DNA from: Pseudomonas aeruginosa
GTDB taxonomy: Bacteria > Pseudomonadota > Gammaproteobacteria > Pseudomonadales > Pseudomonadaceae
DNA length: 32,000 bases
Reading direction: 5' to 3'
NCBI RefSeq assembly: GCF_001457615.1
Contig: NZ_LN831024.1
Location: 5,730,001 to 5,762,000 of the forward strand
Each line of letters begins with the position of its first letter. Positions within the stretch are counted from its first letter, which is position 1. Of this stretch, positions 18,734 through 27,594 are shown piece by piece. The translations under genes were made by a program, and so were the position numbers. Under the pieces are notes generated by a model that was not told where the DNA came from, ran no database searches, and saw only the letters and a program-made list of their open reading frames with translations.

Positions 18734-19351
18734 ATGAAGACACGCGACCGTATCCTCGAATGCTCGCTGTTGCTGTTCAACGAACAGGGCGAACCCAACG
18801 TCTCGACACTGGAAATCGCCAACGAACTGGGCATCAGCCCGGGCAATCTCTACTACCACTTCCATGGCAAGGAACCGCTGGTGATGGCGCTGTTCGAGCG
18901 GTTCCAGGCCGAGTTGGCGCCGCTGCTCGATCCGCCCGAGGAGGTGCGCCTGGGCGCGGAGGACTACTGGCTGTTCCTGCATCTGATCGTCGAGCGCCTC
19001 GCCCACTACCGCTTCCTGTTCCAGGACCTGTCCAACCTGACCGGGCGCCTGCCACGGCTGGCTCGCGGCATCCGTACCTGGCTCGGCGCGCTGAAGCGGA
19101 CCCTGGCCACCCTGCTGGCCCGCCTCAAGGCCGACCGGCAGTTGCGCAGCGACGCGCCGGCACTCGGGCAACTGGTCGAACAGATCACCCTGACCCTGCT
19201 GTTCTCCCTGGATTACCAGCGGGTACTGGGCAGCAAGGGCGAGGTGCGCACGGTGGTCTACCAGATCATGATGCTGGTCGCCCCGCATCTGCGCAGCGAG
19301 GCCCAACGCTCGGCGGAAAGCCTGGCGCAGCGCTACCTGGGACCGGAATGA
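18734..19351 (+). CDS. phaD: TetR-family transcriptional regulator of the pha cluster
   Basis: 205 aa from MKTRDRILECSLLLFNEQGEPNVSTLEIANELGISPGNLYYHF (TetR HTH). The position downstream of phaC2 is canonical. Confidence 0.9.
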   Translation: MKTRDRILECSLLLFNEQGEPNVSTLEIANELGISPGNLYYHFHGKEPLVMALFERFQAELAPLLDPPEEVRLGAEDYWLFLHLIVERLAHYRFLFQDLSNLTGRLPRLARGIRTWLGALKRTLATLLARLKADRQLRSDAPALGQLVEQITLTLLFSLDYQRVLGSKGEVRTVVYQIMMLVAPHLRSEAQRSAESLAQRYLGPE

Positions 19352-19354
19352 AAA

Positions 19355-19376
19355 ACGCCCGGCGAGTGCCGGGCGT
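19355..19376. terminator. Terminator hairpin between convergent phaD and phaF
   Basis: ACGCCCGGC / GCCGGGCGT 9-bp stem with loop GAGT. On the minus strand it is followed by TTTTT, so it is canonical for phaF. On the plus strand it sits 4 nt after the phaD stop, without a T-run. Confidence 0.7.
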
Positions 19377-19394
19377 GTGCCTTGCCGCCAGGAC

Positions 19395-20324
19395 TCAGCC
19401 CTGGCTGCTCGGCGTCGCCGGAGCGTTCGCTGCCGGAGCGCTGGCAGCCGGTGTGGCGGCGGGGGCAGCGGGCGCGCTCGAAGACGCGGCGGGAGCGGCC
19501 GGTTTCGCCGCGGCGGGCTTGGCTGCCGGCTTCTTCGCCGCAGGCTTTTTCGCAGCCGGCTTGGCGGCAGGTTTCGCCGCGGGCTTGGCGGCGGTCGCAG
19601 CGGCCGGCTTGGCTGCCGGCTTCGCGGCAGGCTTGACTGCGGCAGGTTTCGCAGCAGGCTTCGCCGCGGCCTTGGCTGCCGGCTTGGTCGCCGGTTTCGC
19701 TGCGGCCTTCGCAGTCGGTTTGGCGGCGGGCTTGGCTGCCGGCTTGGCGGCCGCGGTTTTCGCCGCGGTTTTTTTCGCCGCGGGTTTCGCTGCCGGCTTG
19801 GCGGCGGCCTTGGCTGCCGGTTTAGCTGCCGGCTTGGCCGCTGCGGTTTTCGCCGCGGGCTTGGCAGCCGGTTTCGCCGCAGGCTTGGCCGCTGCCTTCG
19901 CCGCCGGCTTGACGCTGACGCCGGTGAGTTTCTCGATCTGCTTGGTCAGCGTATCGACCTTGCTGTGCAGCTCCCTCACCTCGTTGCGGCTCGGCACGCC
20001 GAGACGCGAGATGGCGCTGTTCAGGCGCTTGTCGAAAGCTTCCTCGAGCTCGCTCCACTTGCCGAGCGCACGGTCCCGAACCTCGTCGACCTTGCTCTTC
20101 GCAGAGCGGGCGGAAGCCTTCGCCGCACCGACCTGCGCGTCCACATCGGACTTCGCTTCTTTTTCAGCCTTCTCGCCGTCTTTCACCAAGGTCTCGAACA
20201 GCTTGCTGCCGTCCTTGCTGACCTTCGAGTAGGCCCCCAGACCAGCCAGCCAGATCTGCCGCGAGTATTTCTCGATCTCGCCGATCCAACTGGACTCTTT
20301 TTCGCTCTTCTTCTTGCCAGCCAT
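19395..20324 (-). CDS. phaF: Phasin / PHA-granule-associated protein with histone-H1-like AAKP-repeat DNA-binding tail
   Basis: 309 aa from MAGKKKSEKESSWIGEIEKYSRQIWLAGLGAYS, with a strong AAGGAGA RBS upstream. The N-terminal phasin domain is paralogous to PhaI. The C-terminal half is composed of KPAA-type repeats. Confidence 0.95.
   Translation of the reverse strand: MAGKKKSEKESSWIGEIEKYSRQIWLAGLGAYSKVSKDGSKLFETLVKDGEKAEKEAKSDVDAQVGAAKASARSAKSKVDEVRDRALGKWSELEEAFDKRLNSAISRLGVPSRNEVRELHSKVDTLTKQIEKLTGVSVKPAAKAAAKPAAKPAAKPAAKTAAAKPAAKPAAKAAAKPAAKPAAKKTAAKTAAAKPAAKPAAKPTAKAAAKPATKPAAKAAAKPAAKPAAVKPAAKPAAKPAAATAAKPAAKPAAKPAAKKPAAKKPAAKPAAAKPAAPAASSSAPAAPAATPAASAPAANAPATPSSQG
19500..19910 (-). 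repeat. In-frame tandem repeat array encoding (A-A-K-P)n-type units within phaF
   Basis: About 136 residues built from 4-residue (12-nt) KPAA units, with occasional 5-residue variants (KTAAA, KAAAKP). I count roughly 35 Lys. On the plus strand it is visible as a reiterated gccggcttggc(g/t)gc / ggtttcgc(c/t)gc pattern. Confidence 0.9.
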
Positions 20325-20334
20325 CCTGCTCTCC

Positions 20335-20751
20335 TTATTGGGTTCTCGCGACACGCTCGAGCACTGCGCTCAGCTCATCCAGCTTAGCAGAGAGTGCTTC
20401 GACATCGTTCCGGGAAGGTATGCCTATCCGGTTCAACGTGCTAGCGACACGGCTGTCGAATGCCTGCTCGATCCTGTCGAGCTGGTCTTCGACTTTTCCC
20501 TTCACCGAAGAGAGGCCGGTCTTGACACTGTCATTGGCCGAATCGACCTGACTTGTGACCAGCGATTTGCCTTTTTTCTCCAGGGCTTCGCCAGCTTTCA
20601 CCAATTCCTTGAAGTAGTCGCTGCCTTCGGTGCCCAGGCGGGAATACGCACCCAGGCCGGCAAGCCAGATCTGGCGGGCATAGTGGCGGATCTCGGAGAC
20701 CAGGGAAGTGGATTCGGAAACGGTCTTTTTCTTCAGGGCAATCTTGGCCAT
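20335..20751 (-). CDS. phaI: Phasin PhaI (PHA-granule-associated protein)
   Basis: 138 aa from MAKIALKKKTVSESTSLVSEIRHYARQIWLAGLGAYS, with a GAGGTG RBS upstream. It is homologous to the PhaF N-terminal domain and ends 10 nt before the phaF start. The 316-aa track ORF is a shadow extension. Confidence 0.93.
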   Translation of the reverse strand: MAKIALKKKTVSESTSLVSEIRHYARQIWLAGLGAYSRLGTEGSDYFKELVKAGEALEKKGKSLVTSQVDSANDSVKTGLSSVKGKVEDQLDRIEQAFDSRVASTLNRIGIPSRNDVEALSAKLDELSAVLERVARTQ

Positions 20752-20894
20752 GGGGCACCTCACGCTCGTTGGGTTGAAGAAACCGCAGGCGCCGCCGGAA
20801 CGCTGGCAGCGTGAGAGCAAGGTATCGGGGAAAATTAGAAACCGCATACTAAGCGGAAGATGGGCGCCGCCAGGACGGCGAACGCCCGGCGGGA

Positions 20895-21170
20895 TCAGGC
20901 CAGCGCCTTGTCCAGCGCCTTCTCGATCTCGCCCTTGAGCAGGCCGCTCATGGCCGACAGCATCAGGCCGAGCTTGACGTCCACCGCGACCTTGTCCGCC
21001 CCCACCGCGATCCTGCCGTCGACGCCACTGCGTTTGAAGGTCAGCTCGTCGCCCTGCCATTCGCACTGCACGCCGTGCTCCTTCGCCAGACGTTCGGCCA
21101 GTTTCTCCGCCTTGGCCCGTGCGGCGTCCAGCCCCAGGCTGTGCGGACGTTCGATGTGGATACGCGACAT
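20895..21170 (-). CDS. Small conserved PHA-cluster-associated protein (putative polyhydroxyalkanoic acid system protein), function unknown
   Basis: 91 aa from [45 protein letters not shown], with an AGGAG RBS upstream. The family name is recalled from memory, not searched. Confidence 0.8.
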   Translation of the reverse strand: MSRIHIERPHSLGLDAARAKAEKLAERLAKEHGVQCEWQGDELTFKRSGVDGRIAVGADKVAVDVKLGLMLSAMSGLLKGEIEKALDKALA

Positions 21171-21267
21171 GGATCGACTCCTGATTGCAGATCGGAAAAC
21201 TATACGCGGCCAGACAAAACACCGCACCCGCGCCGTCGGACGGCGGCACAGCACTTTCCCCACATCC

Positions 21268-21288
21268 TGTTAGAATGCCCGGCATTCT
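21268..21288 (+). promoter_or_regulatory. Candidate extended -10 promoter element for ubiE, overlapped by a 17-bp perfect palindrome (possible operator)
   Basis: TGTTAGAAT (21268..21276; TGn + TAGAAT). Palindrome AGAATGCC-C-GGCATTCT at 21272..21288, ending 18 nt before the ubiE ATG. I found no convincing -35 element. Confidence 0.35.
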
Positions 21289-21305
21289 TTCCAGGTGAGA
21301 ACGTC

Positions 21306-22076
21306 ATGAACGATCCCCGCAAAGGCGCCGACGCCGAACCCACCACCCACTTCGGCTACCAGAACGTTCCGGAAAGCCAGAAGGCGAAGAAGGTCGCCGA
21401 GGTATTCCACTCGGTGGCAGCCAAGTACGACCTGATGAACGACCTGATGTCCGGTGGCATCCATCGCCTGTGGAAGCGCTTCACCATCGAGCTGTCCGGC
21501 GTGCGCAGCGGGAACCGCGTGCTCGACATCGCCGGCGGCACCGGCGACCTGACCCGGCAGTTCTCGCGCCTGGTCGGCCCGACCGGCGAGGTGGTGCTGG
21601 CCGACATCAACGCCTCGATGCTCAAGGTCGGCCGCGACAAGCTGCTCGACAAGGGCGTCTCCGGCAACGTCAGCTTCGTCCAGGCGGACGCCGAGAAGCT
21701 GCCCTTCCCGGACAACCACTTCGACTGCGTGACCATCGCCTTCGGCCTGCGCAACGTCACCCACAAGGACGAAGCGATCCGCTCCATGCTGCGCGTGCTC
21801 AAGCCCGGTGGCCGCCTGCTGGTGCTGGAGTTCTCCAAGCCGAGCAGCAACCTGCTGTCCAAGGCCTACGACGCCTATTCGTTCAGCCTGCTGCCGCTGA
21901 TGGGCAAGCTGGTCACCAACGACTCCGAGAGCTATCGCTACCTGGCCGAGTCGATCCGCATGCACCCCGACCAGGAAACCCTGAAGGCGATGATGGTGGA
22001 AGCCGGCTTCGACCGCGTGACCTACCACAACATGACCGGCGGCATCGTCGCCCTGCACCGCGGTATCAAGCCTTAA
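21306..22076 (+). CDS. ubiE: Ubiquinone/menaquinone biosynthesis C-methyltransferase UbiE
   Basis: 256 aa from [49 protein letters not shown]-binding motif [10 protein letters not shown] is present. AGGTGAG RBS upstream. Confidence 0.96.
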   Translation: MNDPRKGADAEPTTHFGYQNVPESQKAKKVAEVFHSVAAKYDLMNDLMSGGIHRLWKRFTIELSGVRSGNRVLDIAGGTGDLTRQFSRLVGPTGEVVLADINASMLKVGRDKLLDKGVSGNVSFVQADAEKLPFPDNHFDCVTIAFGLRNVTHKDEAIRSMLRVLKPGGRLLVLEFSKPSSNLLSKAYDAYSFSLLPLMGKLVTNDSESYRYLAESIRMHPDQETLKAMMVEAGFDRVTYHNMTGGIVALHRGIKP

Positions 22077-22090
22077 CCGAGGGCGCGCCG

Positions 22091-22717
22091 ATGAGCTCGC
22101 TGCTGATCCAGGCCGTGCTGGCCGCCGCCGAAACCGGCATCAATCGCGTCCTGCGCCTCGACGGGACAGCGCTGCCGCGCCTGCGCAGGCTTTCCGCCAA
22201 GGTCATCGAGGTCGACTGCCTGAGCCCGCCGCTGCGGGTCTTCATCCTGCCCGCCGGCGACGGCCTGCACTTCGCCGCGCAGCATGAGGCGGAGGTCGAC
22301 TGCACCTTGCGTGCGCCGGCCGGCAACCTCCTGCACCTGGCCCTGGCGCGCGACAAGACCCGCGTCCTGCACAGCCCGGAAGTCAGCATGGACGGCGACA
22401 GCGCGGCCCTGCTGGAACTGGCCGGCATCCTGCAGAGCCTGGAGCTGGACTGGGAGTACGAACTGTCGCGCTGGCTCGGCCCGCTCGCCACCCAGGTGCT
22501 CGGCAGCAGCCTGCGCGACGCTTCGCGCTGGAGCGCGCAGAGCCTGCACAGCCTGCGCCTGAACCTGGCCGACTACCTTGCCGAGGAAAGCCGTACGCTG
22601 GTCGGCCAGCACGAAGCCGAAGCCCGCTTCGCCGAACTGGACCAGCTGAAGCTGGCCCTCGATCGTCTCGACGCGCGCGTCGGACGCCTCAGCCAAAAGA
22701 CCAAGCCCGACGCATGA
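22091..22717 (+). CDS. ubiJ: Ubiquinone biosynthesis accessory factor UbiJ (SCP2-domain protein)
   Basis: 208 aa from [25 protein letters not shown]. The position between ubiE and ubiB is conserved. The stop overlaps the ubiB start as ATGA. Confidence 0.85.
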   Translation: MSSLLIQAVLAAAETGINRVLRLDGTALPRLRRLSAKVIEVDCLSPPLRVFILPAGDGLHFAAQHEAEVDCTLRAPAGNLLHLALARDKTRVLHSPEVSMDGDSAALLELAGILQSLELDWEYELSRWLGPLATQVLGSSLRDASRWSAQSLHSLRLNLADYLAEESRTLVGQHEAEARFAELDQLKLALDRLDARVGRLSQKTKPDA

Positions 22718-24315
22718 AGCTCCTCGCTGTCCGCCGCCTCCTGCGCATCCAGCGCGTCGTCATCCGCTACCGCCTGGACGACCTGATCCTCGAACTGCCG
22801 ATGCTGCCCTGGTGGCTGCGCCTGCTCGGTGCCACCCTGCCCTGGCGCTGGCTGCCGCGGCGCAAGCTGGAACTGACCCGCGGCGCGCGCCTGCGCCTGG
22901 CGCTGCAGGACCTCGGACCGATCTTCATCAAGTTCGGCCAGATTCTCTCCACCCGCCGCGACCTGCTGCCCGACGACATCGCCAACGAACTGGCCTGGCT
23001 GCAGGACAAGGTGCCGCCCTTCCCGCCGGAGCTGGCGGTCAAGCGCATCGAGGAACAACTGGGCGCGAAGATCGAACAGGTCTTCGCCCGCTTCGAACGC
23101 GAACCGCTGGCCTCTGCCTCGGTGGCCCAGGTCCACGCCGCGCGGCTGAAGAGCGGCGAGGAAGTGGTGGTGAAGGTGATCCGGCCGAACCTGGAACCGG
23201 TGATCCGCTCCGACATCGCCTGGCTGTTCATCCTCGCCCGCCTCGCCGAGCGGGTCTCCAGCGAGGCGCGGCGCCTGCACCCCGTGGAAGTGGTCAGCGA
23301 CTACGAGAAAACCATCGTCGACGAACTCGACCTGCTCCGCGAGGCAGCCAACGCCTCGCAGCTGCGGCGCAACTTCGAAGGCTCGCCGCTGCTCTACGTG
23401 CCACAGGTCTACTGGGACTGGTGCCGGCCCAAGGTGCTGGTGATGGAGCGCATCTACGGCATCCCGGTGACCGACCTGGAAACCCTGCGCGACCAGCGCA
23501 CCGACTTCAAGGCACTGGCCGAGCGCGGCGTGGAGATCTTCTTCACCCAGGTGTTCCGCGACAGCTTCTTCCATGCCGACATGCACCCCGGCAACATCTT
23601 CGTCAGCACCCGCGCGCCCTGGAGCCCGCAATACATCGCGGTGGACTGCGGCATCGTCGGCAGCCTGACCGACGAGGACCAGGACTACCTGGCGCGCAAC
23701 CTGATCGCCTTCTTCAAGCGCGACTACCGCAAGGTCGCCCAACTGCATATCGACTCCGGCTGGGTACCGGCGGAAACCAAGGTCAACGACTTCGAGGCGG
23801 CGATCCGCACCGTCTGCGAACCGATCTTCGAGAAGCCGCTGAAGGACATCTCCTTCGGCCAGGTCCTGCTGCGCCTGTTCCAGACCGCGCGTCGTTTCAA
23901 CATGGAGATCCAGCCGCAACTGGTGCTGCTGCAGAAGACCCTGCTGAACATCGAAGGCCTCGGCCGCCAGCTCTACCCGGAACTCGACCTGTGGGCCACC
24001 GCCCAGCCGTTCCTGGAGCGCTGGATGCGCGAACGGGTCAGCCCGAAGCAGTTGCTGCGCAATTTCCAGCAACAGGTCGAGCAGGTGCCGCACCTGTCGC
24101 AAATGGCCCGCGACACCCTCGAACGCCTGTCACAACCGCACGCCCACAATGCGCCGCCGCCGGAGTGGAAAGGTTCCCGCCACGACTGGCTCGGGCGCCT
24201 GGTGGGCGCGGTGCTGCTGGTCGGCGCCGCCGAGGTCGGCCTGGGTCAGCAGTTGGAAGCCTGGCCGGCGTGGGTGATGCTGGCCGGCGGGGTGTTCCTG
24301 ATCCTGCGCCGCTAG
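22714..24315 (+). CDS. ubiB: Ubiquinone biosynthesis regulatory protein kinase-like UbiB (ABC1/ADCK family)
   Basis: 533 aa. Kinase-like motifs are present: [20 protein letters not shown] and [13 protein letters not shown]. There is a C-terminal TM segment. Confidence 0.95.
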   Translation: MKLLAVRRLLRIQRVVIRYRLDDLILELPMLPWWLRLLGATLPWRWLPRRKLELTRGARLRLALQDLGPIFIKFGQILSTRRDLLPDDIANELAWLQDKVPPFPPELAVKRIEEQLGAKIEQVFARFEREPLASASVAQVHAARLKSGEEVVVKVIRPNLEPVIRSDIAWLFILARLAERVSSEARRLHPVEVVSDYEKTIVDELDLLREAANASQLRRNFEGSPLLYVPQVYWDWCRPKVLVMERIYGIPVTDLETLRDQRTDFKALAERGVEIFFTQVFRDSFFHADMHPGNIFVSTRAPWSPQYIAVDCGIVGSLTDEDQDYLARNLIAFFKRDYRKVAQLHIDSGWVPAETKVNDFEAAIRTVCEPIFEKPLKDISFGQVLLRLFQTARRFNMEIQPQLVLLQKTLLNIEGLGRQLYPELDLWATAQPFLERWMRERVSPKQLLRNFQQQVEQVPHLSQMARDTLERLSQPHAHNAPPPEWKGSRHDWLGRLVGAVLLVGAAEVGLGQQLEAWPAWVMLAGGVFLILRR

Positions 24316-24430
24316 CGCCGCGCACGGCCACTAGGCCCGCGCCGATAGCCAGTCGCGCTCCCGGCTGGCACACTACTCCCATTTCCGCCGGAAACGCGCG
24401 CAACGTACCGGCAACGAACGTGGAAAGACC

Positions 24431-24835
24431 ATGAAAGACTGGCTGGATGAGATTCACTGGAACGCCGACGGCCTGGTCCCGGCGATCGCCCAGGATCACG
24501 AGACCGGGCGCGTGCTGATGATGGCCTGGATGAACCGCGAGGCGCTGGCCCTGACCGCCAGCGAGAACCGTGCAATCTATTGGTCGCGTTCGCGTGGCAA
24601 GCTGTGGCGCAAGGGCGAGGAGTCCGGGCATGTGCAGAAGCTGCACGAACTGCGCCTGGACTGCGACGCCGACGTGGTCATCCTGATGGTCGAGCAGGTC
24701 GGCGGGATCGCCTGCCATACCGGCCGGGAAAGCTGTTTCTACCGTGTCTTCGAGAATGGCGCCTGGAAGACCGTCGATCCGGTGCTGAAGGACCCGGACG
24801 CTATCTACGAACACGCAGGACACCACCATGAGTGA
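24431..24835 (+). CDS. hisI: Phosphoribosyl-AMP cyclohydrolase
   Basis: 134 aa: [30 protein letters not shown]...[10 protein letters not shown]. Confidence 0.95.
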   Translation: MKDWLDEIHWNADGLVPAIAQDHETGRVLMMAWMNREALALTASENRAIYWSRSRGKLWRKGEESGHVQKLHELRLDCDADVVILMVEQVGGIACHTGRESCFYRVFENGAWKTVDPVLKDPDAIYEHAGHHHE

Positions 24836-25163
24836 CACCCTGACCCGCCTGGCGGCGGTGCTCGAGGAGCGCAAGAACGCCGCGCCCGACAGCTCCTACG
24901 TGGCCAGTCTGTACCACAAGGGCCTGAACAAGATCCTGGAGAAGGTCGGCGAGGAGTCGGTGGAAACCATCATCGCCGCCAAGGATGCCGCGGCCAGCGG
25001 CGACTGCCAGGACCTGATCTACGAAACCGCCGACCTCTGGTTCCACTCGCTGGTGATGCTCTCGGCCCTCGGCCAGCATCCGCAAGCCGTGCTGGACGAA
25101 CTGGAGCGCCGCTTCGGCCTTTCCGGCCACGCCGAGAAAGCCGCCCGCCAACCATCGGCCTGA
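24828..25163 (+). CDS. hisE: Phosphoribosyl-ATP pyrophosphatase
   Basis: 111 aa: [42 protein letters not shown]. It overlaps hisI by 8 nt. Confidence 0.95.
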
Positions 25164-25188
25164 ACCTACACATTGCGAGGAATACGAC

Positions 25189-25437
25189 ATGGGCATTTTT
25201 GACTGGAAACACTGGATCGTCATCCTGATCGTCGTGGTACTGGTGTTCGGCACCAAGCGCCTGAAGAACCTCGGTTCCGACGTCGGCGAAGCGATCAAGG
25301 GCTTCCGCAAGGCGGTGAACACCGAGGAAGACGACAAGAAGGACCAGCCCGCCGCCCAGCCGGCCCAACCGCTGAACCAGCCGCACACCATCGACGCCCA
25401 GGCGCAGAAGGTCGAAGAGCCGGCGCGCAAGGACTGA
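25189..25437 (+). CDS. tatA: Twin-arginine translocase subunit TatA
   Basis: 82 aa: [42 protein letters not shown]. Confidence 0.96.
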
Positions 25438-25450
25438 CGGGTAGCCATCG

Positions 25451-25879
25451 ATGTTCGGAATCAGCTTCAGCGAACTGTTGCTGGTCGGGTTGGTCGCCCT
25501 GCTGGTGCTCGGCCCCGAGCGCCTGCCGGGCGCCGCACGTACCGCCGGCCTGTGGATCGGCCGCCTGAAGCGCAGTTTCAATACCATCAAGCAGGAAGTG
25601 GAACGGGAAATCGGCGCGGACGAGATCCGCCGGCAACTGCACAACGAGCACATCCTCTCGATGGAGCGCGAAGCGCAGAAGCTGCTGGCCCCGCTGACCG
25701 GCCAGAATCCCTCGCAGGAACCCCAGCCGCCGACGGTCGAGAGCCCGGCGCCGCCGAGCGTACCCACGCCGCCGCCGACCAGCACGCCTGCGGTTCCGCC
25801 CGCGGACGCCGCGGCACCGCCGGCAGTCGCTGCCTCCACTCCCCCTTCGCCACCGTCCGAGACGCCGCGTAATCCATGA
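25451..25879 (+). CDS. tatB: Twin-arginine translocase subunit TatB
   Basis: 142 aa: [41 protein letters not shown], followed by a Pro-rich tail. Confidence 0.95.
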   Translation: MFGISFSELLLVGLVALLVLGPERLPGAARTAGLWIGRLKRSFNTIKQEVEREIGADEIRRQLHNEHILSMEREAQKLLAPLTGQNPSQEPQPPTVESPAPPSVPTPPPTSTPAVPPADAAAPPAVAASTPPSPPSETPRNP

Positions 25880-26679
25880 GCGCCGATAAACCCGAGCAGC
25901 CCGAGCACGACCAGGAAATGCCCCTGGTCTCGCACCTGACCGAACTGCGTACGCGCCTGCTCCGCAGCGTGGCGGCGATCTTCCTGATCTTCGCCGGCCT
26001 GTTCTACTTCTCGCAGAAGATCTACACCCTGGTCTCCGAGCCGTTGCGCCGCTTCCTTCCGGAAGGCACCAGCATGATCGCCACCGACGTCGCCTCGCCG
26101 TTCCTCGCGCCGTTCAAGCTGACCATGGTGGTGGCGCTGTTCCTCGCCATGCCGGTGATCCTCGCGCAGGTCTGGGGCTTCATCGCGCCCGGCCTGTACA
26201 AGCACGAGAAGCGCGTGGCGCTGCCGCTGCTGGTGTCCAGCATCATCCTGTTCTACGCCGGGATGGCCTTCGCCTACTTCCTGGTGTTCCCGATGATCTT
26301 CCACTTCTTCGCCAGCGTGACGCCCGAGGGCGTGGCGATGATGACGGACATCAACAGCTACCTGGACTTCGTCCTGACCCTGTTCTTCGCCTTCGGCGTC
26401 GCCTTCGAGATCCCGGTGGCCACGGTGCTGCTGATCTGGATCGGGGTGGTCGACGTCGAGTACCTGAAGAAGATCCGCCCGTACGTGATCATCGGCTGCT
26501 TCGTGGTCGGCATGGTCCTGACCCCGCCGGACATCTTCTCCCAGACCATGCTCGCGGTGCCGATGTGGCTGCTGTTCGAGATCGGCCTGCTGTTCGGCCG
26601 CCTGGTACGCAAGCGCGGCGAGCATCCGGACGACCAACCGGCCAGCGACGGCGACCAGCCTCCGGCCACCCGCCAGTGA
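25876..26679 (+). CDS. tatC: Twin-arginine translocase subunit TatC
   Basis: 267 aa polytopic membrane protein ([15 protein letters not shown]...). ATGA overlap with tatB. Confidence 0.96.
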   Translation: MSADKPEQPEHDQEMPLVSHLTELRTRLLRSVAAIFLIFAGLFYFSQKIYTLVSEPLRRFLPEGTSMIATDVASPFLAPFKLTMVVALFLAMPVILAQVWGFIAPGLYKHEKRVALPLLVSSIILFYAGMAFAYFLVFPMIFHFFASVTPEGVAMMTDINSYLDFVLTLFFAFGVAFEIPVATVLLIWIGVVDVEYLKKIRPYVIIGCFVVGMVLTPPDIFSQTMLAVPMWLLFEIGLLFGRLVRKRGEHPDDQPASDGDQPPATRQ

Positions 26680-27383
26680 ACCTGCTGCTCCTCGACGACG
26701 CCGACTTCGTGTCGGCGGATCGTGCGGTCCTGCACGATCGCCGCCTCAAGCACCTGCACGAAGTGCACCGCGCCGAGAACGGCGACACCCTGCGGGTCGG
26801 CCGCCTCGGCGGCTGGATGGGCGAAGGTCGCCTGCTGAAGCTCGACGCCAGCGAGGCGACCCTGGAAGTGCGCTTCGACCAGCCGCCGCCGGCCAAGCTG
26901 CCGATCACCCTGCTGCTGGCCTTGCCGCGACCGAAGATGCTCCGCCGGGTGTTGCAGACCATCGCCGCGATGGGCGTACCGAAGCTGGTGCTGCTGAACA
27001 GCTACCGCGTGGAAAAGAGCTTCTGGCAGACCCCGTTCCTCGACCCGGCGGCGATCCGCGAGAACCTGGTCCTCGGCCTGGAGCAGGCCCGCGATACGGT
27101 GCTGCCGGAAATCATCGTCGAGAAGCGCTTCAAACCCTTCGTCGAAGACCGCCTGCCGGCCCTGGCCGCCGGCAGCCTCGGCCTGGTCGGCCATCCCGGT
27201 CCCTGGCCGGCCTGTCCGCGCGCGGTGGAGAAGCCGGTGACCCTGGCGATCGGCCCGGAAGGCGGCTGGATTCCCTACGAGGTCGACAAGCTGCGCGAAG
27301 CCGGACTGCATCCGGTGCAGCTCGGCGAACGCATCCTGCGCGTGGAAACCGCGGTCAGCGCCCTGCTTGCGCGGTTGTTCTGA
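26676..27383 (+). CDS. rsmE: 16S rRNA (uracil1498-N3)-methyltransferase RsmE
   Basis: 235 aa from a GTG start that overlaps the tatC stop (GTGA). It has a PUA-like N-terminus and a SPOUT C-terminus with AIGPEGGW. The 37-codon upstream extension in the track would lie inside tatC. Confidence 0.82.
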   Translation: MNLLLLDDADFVSADRAVLHDRRLKHLHEVHRAENGDTLRVGRLGGWMGEGRLLKLDASEATLEVRFDQPPPAKLPITLLLALPRPKMLRRVLQTIAAMGVPKLVLLNSYRVEKSFWQTPFLDPAAIRENLVLGLEQARDTVLPEIIVEKRFKPFVEDRLPALAAGSLGLVGHPGPWPACPRAVEKPVTLAIGPEGGWIPYEVDKLREAGLHPVQLGERILRVETAVSALLARLF

Positions 27384-27402
27384 AAAAACTCCGGTAAAAG
27401 AC

Positions 27403-27429
27403 TGAAGGTTTTCCCCGCCCGGCCGACAT
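27403..27429 (+). promoter_or_regulatory. Candidate sigma-28 (FliA) promoter for the chemoreceptor gene
   Basis: TGAAGGTT-N11-GCCGACAT compared with the enterobacterial consensus TAAAGTTT-N11-GCCGATAA: 6/8 and 6/8 matches with exact spacing. It lies about 165 nt upstream of the ATG. Confidence 0.35.
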
Positions 27430-27594
27430 CCTCTGTCGCGCAGGGCTCCGCACGACAACCATAAGACCTCGCCCGCCGGCCACGTACCGGCCCTCCGCGC
27501 CCGCACGCCGGACGCGACGACGCTGAGCCATTACCTGTTCCGCCACGCCATGGGGCTGCCAACCCAGGGTGTCGCACTGCCTGGAGTAATGACG

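Noticed and set aside
19500-19910. A short-period tandem repeat that might superficially suggest a CRISPR or other non-coding array.
   Set aside because: The period is 12-15 nt with no unique spacers, it is in frame, and it encodes KPAA units inside phaF. It is not a CRISPR array.
18760-20387. Two long plus-strand ORFs (490 aa and 336 aa) with striking repeats (AGLAAGFAAG... and RRGLGCRLGGR...) overlapping phaF.
   Set aside because: They are the complementary-strand readings of the PhaF AAKP repeat array. phaF itself has a strong AAGGAGA RBS, a phasin N-domain and a terminator, whereas these ORFs have none.
20804-20819. A sigma-54-like element TGGCAG-N5-GAGCA with correct GG-N10-GC spacing on the plus strand.
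   Set aside because: It points into the 3' end of the convergently oriented 91-aa gene, so there is no downstream plus-strand gene before ubiE's own promoter region. The -12 box is poor (GAGCA versus TTGCA). It is probably a chance match.
24382-24394. A 13-bp palindrome TTTCCG-C-CGGAAA upstream of hisI.
   Set aside because: Arms of only 6 bp have a chance expectation near 0.1 in this spacer, and there is no supporting promoter context.
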